Below, one piece after another: positions 54,651 through 64,000 of a DNA stretch of 64,000 nt; position 1 is the first letter of the stretch; every line of letters starts with the position of its first letter. The stretch spans positions 145,328,001 to 145,392,000 of the forward strand of contig OX597814.1 of NCBI GenBank assembly GCA_951406725.2, read 5' to 3'. The notes under the pieces are model-generated. The model had not been told where the DNA came from. It was given only the letters and a program-made list of their open reading frames with translations, and did not search any database. A program made the translations under genes and the position numbers. The DNA comes from Octopus vulgaris (Eukaryota).

Positions 54651-54736
<86 letters not shown>

Positions 54737-56571
54737 TTTGCAACAACAGTAGCAGAAGCTTCATCGTCATCATCACGTCTTCCGTGATATTGGACACTTA
54801 TGAGCAAAAATTCTCCAGCTGTGACCATCTTCGTCGCCCTTATTTTTCAGAGCCAGCGTACATATATAACTATATCTTCTACAATGTGTTTGAGATTTAA
54901 AGGAAATATAGTTGCTATGATTAGAACCTTGAAAGAGAACGTGGAGCAAGCTTTGTTTTGTCATTGTGCGTGTATCAGTTATTCTTCGATTAAAGAAATC
55001 AATGGAGATGGTGTGTTGATATTGAAACTCATACTAATGATAAGTGACAATAATGAATACAATTAGTATGAAGACGATAATGATGAAGATGATGCTGATG
55101 ATGATGAGGAGCACGATGATGCTAGTATTGTGATAATATTCATGAAAAAAATGAGACGAGGAGAAAGAGAAATAGGATGTTCGTAATGACGATGAAGACG
55201 ACGACTATGACCACTACCACCACCACCATCACCCCCACCACTACCACCACTACCACGATAAAGGCTTGGACAATGATGACGACATGATGATGATAGAAAC
55301 GATGATTTTGAGGAAGACAATGATGAAGATGAAGATGATAATGATGATGACGATGATGATGTGGAGCATGAGGACGGTGATGACAATGCCGACACCGAAA
55401 TCAACGATGGAGATTCTGATTGTGAGAACGATGAATTGTTATAGCAGATTGAGAAAGGAAGAGAATCATCTCTCCTGAAACTTTACTCTGGAATACTATA
55501 TAGGGCAGCTTATTCACTTCGGAAAATAGAAAGAGAAAGAGAGAAGAAAAAGAAAAAAAAAACGGCAAGTCTTTAACGGAGGATAATTGTGCAATGAAAA
55601 ATTAATGTAGAGAATGAATTAGAAAAAACTAAAAAACAACATATACTTACATGTATGTATATTTGTGTGTATATACATATACATATATTTACACATTCAT
55701 ACATATACGTACTCACACATATATACATGAACAAACACACGGCACACACATATACATTGAAAAAAATAAAGTAATTGTATTTTTTAATCGTTTAGTTAGA
55801 TTCGATATCTTTAATTGATGACCAAATACATTACATAAATAATCACGCGCGCAAAAGGGCTAAACTCTCATAGCTTATTAATTATTCTTTTTTTAATTAG
55901 CATTGTTTTTCTACGTTATTTTAAGTAATTTTATAGATTAGCGTTGCGACAATTTTACTATTGTACTTTTCTTTCTTAACAAAAAAAAAAAAAAAAAAAA
56001 TACCCCCAACCAAACAAATCAACAAAAGACGAAGGTAGCGTTTTATTTTTCTAATTTATAACGATTTATAAAATCTAATCAAAGTGCAATTAATCTATTC
56101 AATGGTTAATTTTTTTATACTGTAAACAAAATCTAAGAAACTATGATAGTTAAAAGAAATTATTATATGGATATAAAGCACACCTTATCTTAGATAGTCA
56201 CATTGAGCCGAAGTGTTCTGCAAAAGATATAGTATTCTACTCCTAAAGTGCACAAATAACTTTGTGTGCTTGTGTGTGTATGTGTATATTCGTGTGTGTG
56301 TTTATAATATCTTTGTGTGCATGTGTGTGTATTTGTAATATCTTTGTGTGCATGTATTTGTATGTGTTTGTATGTGTGTGTATGTGTGTGAGTGTATGTG
56401 TGTTTACAATATATTATATATTGTTTATTATTTTGGTATTTTATTTCATTTCAACTATTGGACCGTGACCATACTGGTGCACCTCATTTAATGGTATTAG
56501 TTGATTATAAAATAGTGTAAAAATCAACAATGCACACGTAGGAACACTTTCAAATATGAATTAAAAGCAGT

Positions 56572-56906
56572 GCGAGTGTTATAAAAATTATGGAGTACAC
56601 ATACACAATGTATGTGCTTTGCTTGTTCTCCAGTCAGCTGCGAAGTTACGCGGTGGAGATGACCCTCTAAAATCGTTGGTTGTTAAAACGCTTTGAGGCA
56701 CTTGATGCTGATAAGACACAGAAATGAGCCGTCATTCCCCCTGTGACTTTGGCTGAGTTGTCTCTTGTTTATGACTATAACTTTCAGGTGTTTTAACACC
56801 CGGCACTTTGAGAGAGTTATTTCCACCGCGTCAAATCACAGCTGACCGGCGAACACACAAAGCCGATGCAAGTGCATGTGTGTTCGATAACTCTTACAAC
56901 GTTCGC
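56572..56906. repeat. Old inverted repeat (~115-bp arms)
   Basis: 56572-56688 is a degenerate reverse complement of 56790-56906; 56745-56845 recurs at ~57090-57190. Confidence 0.65.
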
Positions 56907-57171
56907 GCTGCTTCTAATTCATATTTGAATATATTATTTATTTCTGCATGTGCATCTTTCGGGTGTACTAGCAGATGGATTTTACACAATTTTACATATA
57001 GTCATGGAAAGGCTATTCAATTTGCCTCCGGTTTGGTACATGTACGTGATACTGATGCACCACACAAATGACCCATCGCTCCTGAATGGGACTTTGGGCG
57101 AGTTGCCTCGACTGATTACGACTATAACTTTCGCGGGTTTTAACACTCGGCGCTTTGAGAGAGTCATCTTC

Positions 57172-57382
57172 ACCGCGTCGAATAGCAGCTTATCGATGGG
57201 CATGGAGGGCTCTACAGCTTTCCATTCATTTTTCGTCTACCTAATTCACTCAAGAGACATTGGTACACCCAGTGTTACCGCGTCGAATAGCAGCTTATCG
57301 ATGGGCATGGAGGGCTCTACAGCTTTCCATTCATTTTTCGTCTACCTAATTCACTCAAGAGACATTGGTACACCCAGTGTTA
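57172..57382. repeat. Perfect 105-bp tandem duplication
   Basis: 57172-57276 equals 57277-57381. Confidence 0.95.
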
Positions 57383-58219
57383 TTGTTGACGACACTTGCT
57401 CAAGGTGGTGCGCTGTACAGTGAAACTAATACCGAAAGCACATAGTTGCAAAGCTAGGTTGTTCATCATACAACCATGTCTCTGCTGATATTCAGCAAAA
57501 AAATGGCAAACATTTATCAATGAAACTTAAATAATTGCGAAAACATCTAAAATCGACACCGAGGGCTCAGACAATTAAGTGGATATCGTAAATATGGTAA
57601 TTGTAGAAGTACAAGATATCTGGTTTCTATTTAGAGCTAGCGATGTAGCCGTTAGAAGTGTTTTAACAACTTCCAAAGAACACGGCTGATTGTGAGATCT
57701 GAGATGATGACATAATGGAAACAAAGGCTTATGTAAATCTGTTATTACTGTGTGTCATCTTCAAGAATATCATACCTCACACTGCAATACATCAATAATA
57801 TCTTTGCCAAATATGAGCCGGTTGTTATATATTTAAACTAAAAATTGTATGTGCCGAACAAAAAAAAAACCCATCATTCTTAATTATTCCACTACTTTCG
57901 TCACTAGATCTAAATGAGATCACGTGATGATCAGGGTGTGATGTGATATAGTCTCGAAATAAATAGCTTACCTTTTTCTTTACATTTTCTCTGATTGTCG
58001 CATTTCTTTTTGAATTTATGATAAATTTTTTCAGGGTAAGAAAGATGTCAGAGGAAAAAGCTGATAGGTTTATTACATAGGGAAGGGACACCATGGCTGT
58101 AGTTTAGGAAGTAGCACTTCCAAGATGAAATAAACTGCAGGTAAGATAGATAACAGAATCTAGGTGTCATTTTTCGAAAGAAAAAAAAATCTGTTAGGCT
58201 TTGAATTAGTTCCGAGAAA

Positions 58220-58760
58220 AAAGGATACCCATTTAAATTATCAATATAGCAAGTAGCAGTTGTAGTTGTCTTGCAATTTTAGGCGTTGAGAAATCAAAGA
58301 AAGATTGCATGCTTTCCAGGTTAGGTTGCAGATAATTGTTTTCGATTTTGTATCCTAGGTAACCAATGCATATTTGGCGTAGAAAGCAATTGCCATTGTT
58401 CATTGTAGAGCTGGGATTCATTGTAACTGAAATTAATTGAACCACGTTCCCATCATGCTTTTCTACATTTTTGCCAATGGAAATAACATCGTCAAGGTTG
58501 GCGTAATGTCCTTTCATATCTTTATCAATAATTATACCATCGATCACTCATTGAAAGGCACTTATGGCATTAGATACACAGAGTGTAACCTTGTAAACTG
58601 AAATAAACATCTATCAGCTAGAAATCCTGTGTTTCTATAGAGTATCATCACTTTGGTGTGGGTTCTGATGCTTTCAGATCCCGTTGGTTATAGAATTTAT
58701 CGTATAAAATAAAACGCATGAGGGCTTCAATATTAGGAAGAGAAGAGATATGTTGAATGT
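58220..58760 (-). pseudogene. Ty3/Gypsy reverse transcriptase remnant
   Basis: NAISAFQ*VID..YANLDDVISIG..KHD..CF..IGYLGYKI..P..TPK..LQ follows Gypsy RT motif order. Confidence 0.75.
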
Positions 58761-60383
58761 AGTAGAGTTTGTGAATAACTGAGAAAAAAAGCGTTATTTT
58801 TCACTGTTTCATACTACTACCACATTTCTCACATAGAGAGCCTGCAAGCTCAAGAATGCTATCACCAATAATCCGTTTACTTTGTTACTAAAGATTGCAG
58901 CAGGTGGGACAAAATTAAAGATTTTGCTGCATCAAATCATTGTATAGGTAGGAAAAGTATGAAACTGGTTTACTGATTATAGGGACTAGACAAGAAACAA
59001 TAATATTTTCGAATGGTGCTCCGTGTTTCAATATTACGGAGTCATATCGTTTAAGATCGTCAGTTTCCAGAATTACAGAGATACCAAAAACATTAAGCAG
59101 TTAAAAAAGCCTTTTCACCAAGAGTATTAATTCAAATACATAATTTCTCTGGTTATCCTCATTAATGAAACTAGCGGTACTATCAAATATGTAAGAATGA
59201 TTAACCATATATAAGCTTATAGTAGCTCATGTATGTGAGCTTATAGTAAGTTTGAAGTCTATTTCCCTGATTTTCCCTTATTATAGCGAAGATTGCGGAT
59301 ATTTATTGGCCAATATGCTCCTGAAATACGTTCAAACTTTTTGCAACTGGGTAAAAAGAGGCAGATCATGGTTGGGGACCAGCTCAAGATATAACATTTT
59401 CGTCTATATGTTCAACTTAGAAGTACTATGCTCATTACTCAAGAAGCTGGGTTCTACCTTTGTTGCAACTCCAAACATCATTGCGAGACAAAATGGTAAA
59501 ATTCAATACTTCTCCATGACGACCTCAGAGAAACTTATTCAGTGATAGCTTGATTCAAAGAATAATTAACCAGAAATCTTTACTACAGACATCATAAACT
59601 GCCGCTTGAAATTTACAGTGAACGACGAACAGTAACATAATACCTTAGGTCTTTAACAAGTTGTTGATTTTGTTCCTGTAACTAAAATCCTGCAGTGCTA
59701 TATTCTGCATTGTGGGGATCTGAACGTGGCTGAATTTTATACTGAAGTAGTCAATGTCGTCTGCCATACAGCAAACATTTGAAAAACACAATTCGTAAAT
59801 AAGTTGAGTCTTTATCGCTCAGTTGAGTATCACAATCCAGCAAGAATATTTATATATATAGTTTTACTAGTTTATCTATGTTATTGTAACCGAATACATT
59901 GCATGAATATTGTACCAAACAGTAGCTCAAATTTAATTAGTTTGATTCGTTAAAAACAATTCAACTCCACTATTCGAAACACAACCATGAATTGGAGATA
60001 TTTTTCTTATTGCAGATGCCGGGTATCAAATTATATCACAGTGTACGTGGACAAGAAGAAATGAAACAAAGTTTTCAGTGAAGTGTTCATCAAATCGATT
60101 CCGAGCATAACGATGTTCTAATTTCAGATGTAGGCCTATACAAGTTTGGCAGCTTATACTCAATAGGCCCTCAGATGATTACCCAGCTCGGAATTTGTTT
60201 TAAATTTTTTGCGACAAATGTAGCATAAAATATTCTAAGAAACACTGATAAATACTATGCTCAGTGGATTCGTCTATAAAGGATTTTGAAAATTAGAATA
60301 TAGTAATATGGTGCCGAGCAAAGCATTGTAAGTGAATTTGGTAAACAAAAACAGAATTTGGTAGACAAAGTAGACAAAAAAAA

Positions 60384-60995
60384 CTTGCTTACCAGCCACA
60401 TGGTTCCGGGTTCACTCCCACTGCGTGGTACCTTGGGCAAGTGTCTTCTACTATAGCCTCGGGTCGACCAAAGCCTTGTGAGTGGATTTGGTAGACAGAA
60501 ACTGAAAGAAGCCCGTCGTATATATGTATGTATATATATGTATGTGTGTGTATGTGTGTGTACGTGTGTGTGTCTGTGTTTGTAACCCCAACATCGCTTG
60601 ACAACCGATGCTGGTGTGTTTACATCCCCGTAACTTAGCGGTTCGGCAAAAGAAACCGATAGAATAAGTACTAGGCTTACAAAGAATAAGTCCTGGGGTC
60701 GATTTGCTCGACTAAAGGTGGTACTCCAGCATGGCCACAGTCACATGACTGAAACAAGTAAAAGAATAAAAGAAAAAGAAAGAATTATGTGTATGTTTCT
60801 TTGTGTTTGTCCCCCACTACCACTTGACAACCGGTGTTGCTTTGTTTACGTCCCATAATTTAACGGTCTGGCATAAGTGAGCAATAGGATTAGTACTAGG
60901 TTAGAAAAAGAAGTAATGGGTCCCATTTGTTCGACTCAAACCTTGCAAAGTAATGCTCACGCATGGTCGCAGTCCATTGACTGTAACAAGTTAAA
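60384..60995 (+). mobile_element. SINE family A (60384-60780) plus an older tail fragment
   Basis: Matches the family A consensus. Confidence 0.9.
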
Positions 60996-61712
60996 GATAT
61001 ACCGATATAGATACATACGCATACATATGTACTTACATATAATGCTTAAACATGTTCTAACGTATCATCACATACATGAGTTATTATTCTCTAGATTTTC
61101 CAGATTTCGACTTGCGATAAAAAAAAACAAAACATATTTTACAGCTGTTAAGTATTTAGAATTGTATTAAATATTTAGAATTGGAAGGACTTATACATAT
61201 ATACATACATACACACACACACACACATCTGTGTGTGTATACCTATATATATGTGTATGTGTGTGCGAATAGACTCCGCCATGTATGTGTGTGCGTGTGT
61301 CTGTGTGTGTGGTTTCATTTCTGAATATTTAACACAACAACTCTGTAACGAAATACATATGTAACATGCTAGAATCTTGCAATATATTTATCTGAAATGG
61401 GAAACCAGAAGTCAACACAATAGTAATCCATGTATGACATGAAAATTAATAACATTTTTCAGATTGTGGTAATATGACTTCTACGTATCAGATGGCCAAG
61501 AAGCCAGATGGCTTCCCGGCTTTCTAATACCTAGAAGTTATATTACCACAATCTAAAATTATCTTTAAACATAAATTAATGACAATGTGTTTCTACTTAT
61601 ACTTGAGTCTACTTTGTGAATTGGTCATGAAAAATTTGTGTACAACTTTAAAATTACGCACACACATAACCCAACATACACACACACATACGTACATGTG
61701 TGCGTACATACA

Positions 61713-61865
61713 CGATAAACTTTTTTCTAGTTTCCCACTGTCATATCCACTTGCAAGGCTTTGACCAGCTGGGGCTATAGTAGGAGGCACTTGCCCACGG
61801 TGGTACGCAGTGGGACCGCACCCGGAACCATGTGGTTGCGAAGCAAGCTTCTTGCCGGACAGCTA
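61713..61865 (-). mobile_element. SINE family A head fragment
   Basis: CACTTGCCCACGGTGGTACGCAGTGGGACC..CCCGGAACCATGTGG. Confidence 0.75.
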
Positions 61866-62546
61866 CGAATATTAATAGAAGATGGATTTTCTCAACTCCT
61901 CAAGAAACTTACAATTAGCGACGTTATCCTGATGTAGGATTATATTTGATATTATTTAATATGATCTGTGTAAAAACCTTATATTGTGCTTTCCAAGGCT
62001 TTTCTTAGAGTATCGGCTACCCAATGCTATCATGCAGTGGTACTTCTTCGGATAACCTGATATACATGTAGAAATCCGGAAAAAGTTACTTATCTCCACA
62101 TATATACACCAGTAACAGTCGTATTGTATACTAGCCTTTGGCAGCCAATAACGAGGGGGATCTTTGAAAAGCACACTATAAGGTTTTTAACCAGATTACA
62201 CAGACAAACGCACACGCACATACACACACACACACACATACCCACCCGCATATGTGTTTGTGTGCGTGTGTGTAAAATAAAAGCAAACTTCAGTTGAATT
62301 ATGTACTTAAGTTTAGGCAACTCGTTAGGTCGGAATAATATACACACAGAAAAATATTATGGAAATATCAACTTTGGTACAGAAGTCCCGGCAGAATTTT
62401 ATTCTTGTTGTGCATGCAGACAATTTGACCCAGCTGAGTATATAATCCGCTCTTGAGAAGTTCAGACATGTACATTTTATTAAATACACAGTCCATAAAA
62501 TACTTCAGAATTAGCGAAGGGCATGTTCTGAGATAGTTGAATAAAA

Positions 62547-62912
62547 GCAGGAGTGGCTCAGTGGCAATAAGCTTGCTTCCTAATCACATGGTTCCGGGTT
62601 CAGTCCTACTGCGTGGCATCATCGGCCAGTGTTTCATTTTTTACTATAGCCTCGGGCCGACCATTGAGTGCATTTGGTAGACGGAAACTGAAAGAAGCCC
62701 GTCGTATTTATATATGTTTATATATTTATGTGTGTGTGTCTCTGTGTCTGTCCCCCCCATCACCGCTTGAAAATCGGTGTTGGTGCATTTACGTCCCCGT
62801 AAACTAGCTGTTCGGTAAAAGTGACCGATAGAATAAATACTAGGTTTACAATATAAGTACTGGGGTCGATTCCTTCTTCTAAAACCTCAAGGCTGAAACA
62901 AGTCAAAGATAA
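62547..62912 (+). mobile_element. SINE family A
   Basis: Matches the family A consensus. Confidence 0.85.
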
Positions 62913-62921
62913 AACATGAAA

Positions 62922-63020
<99 letters not shown>
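62922..63020. repeat. (TATC)n microsatellite
   Basis: Directly visible. Confidence 0.95.
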
Positions 63021-63244
63021 ATTCGTTTGAATTTTGCCACAAGGCCAGAATTTTGAGAGGAGGTGGAAAGCTGATCATGTCCACTCCAGTGTTTCGATGA
63101 TACTTTATTTCATCGGCCATGAAACGATTAATTGCAATGCCGATCTCGTCGGTATTTTAATTGAAGATGTAATCAGAGAGAAGAAATACAGCTACGTAGT
63201 TTCTCCGACGCTCTAAAGTTTCTCTGAGCCCGCCTTATATGCTG

Positions 63245-63525
63245 TATAGAGCGTCGGGATCACAAACATGAGGTAGTGAATTCAATTCCCGGAGAGGGCT
63301 GTGTGTTGCGCTCATGGGCAAGACTCTGTATTTCACGTTGCTCCAGTTCACTCAGCCGTAGAAACGAGTTGCGATGTCACTGCTGCCAAGCTGTATCAGC
63401 CTTTACCTTCCCTTGGATAACATCGGTGGTCTTCCATAATAAAACTTGCCCGGGTTTTGCCTAAGAGGGGAACTTTCTATGTGCAATCTCATATTCATCC
63501 ATGATCGAAGGAAGTCTTTACTCGT
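63245..63525 (+). mobile_element. SINE family D
   Basis: Shares its body with 27712-27983. Confidence 0.75.
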
Positions 63526-63528
63526 TAT

Positions 63529-63585
<57 letters not shown>

Positions 63586-64000
63586 GGGAGTATAACTCCA
63601 AGCTTACAGGGAAAAATTCAATTTAGTATTAAATCAAGTTTCACAATATAAATATATATATATATATATATAAATTTGAGAAAAACCACTATCATTGTTT
63701 GAATTGCATAATAGTGGTATATATATATGTATATATATGTATGTGTGTGTGTGTGTGTTTGTGTGTGAGAGTTAAGGGGTGTTGATGTAGGTACGAGTGC
63801 ATCTTTAAGATCGTTCTAGTCATACAAACACACACACGCACACATCTCTGTGTGTATGTTTGTGTGTATGTGAATATGTGCATAATGCAAATTTTACTTC
63901 ACGCATTTATTGTCTGCTTGCATAAATGGAGAGCAACATATCATTCAAACATATATAGCGGAGCTTGTGGATTTTACATAAGATTGTTAACGATTTGACC

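Noticed and set aside
56704-56737. CTGATAA..GAAATGA-GCCG-TCAT hammerhead-like words
   Set aside because: Mismatched core, no stem II, and stem I does not pair.
60001-60110. Splice-acceptor-like TTTTTCTTATTGCAG followed by a short frame
   Set aside because: No recognisable protein similarity or partner exons; such motifs are common in AT-rich DNA.

Overview
AT-rich, microsatellite-dense animal non-coding DNA; the repeat repertoire suggests an octopus/coleoid genome (inference, not proven). No host exon, real tRNA/rRNA gene or CRISPR array is supported, and nearly all listed ORFs are microsatellite translations. The window is a transposon mosaic: four tRNA-headed SINE families (A, B, D, E), Dong/R4-type LINE 3' fragments in (TAA)n tracts, a ~560-bp non-coding element (family C) also confined to (TAA)n, decayed CR1-group and L1/Tx1-like LINEs, a Gypsy RT remnant, a Tc1 pseudogene, two Tc1/mariner-type MITEs and Helitron-type elements. 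The main hidden signal is RNA-structural: at least five unrelated repeats carry type I hammerhead ribozyme (HHR) motifs inside tandem or inverted pseudo-LTR-like duplications (Penelope-like or retrozyme architecture). These include a 343-bp tandem unit with two identical U3:A8-variant HHRs (14112-14496) and an intact long-stem-II HHR (31418-31503). Two LINE/SINE 3'-tail pairings are visible in the window. All alignments and folds were done by eye; boundaries are approximate.
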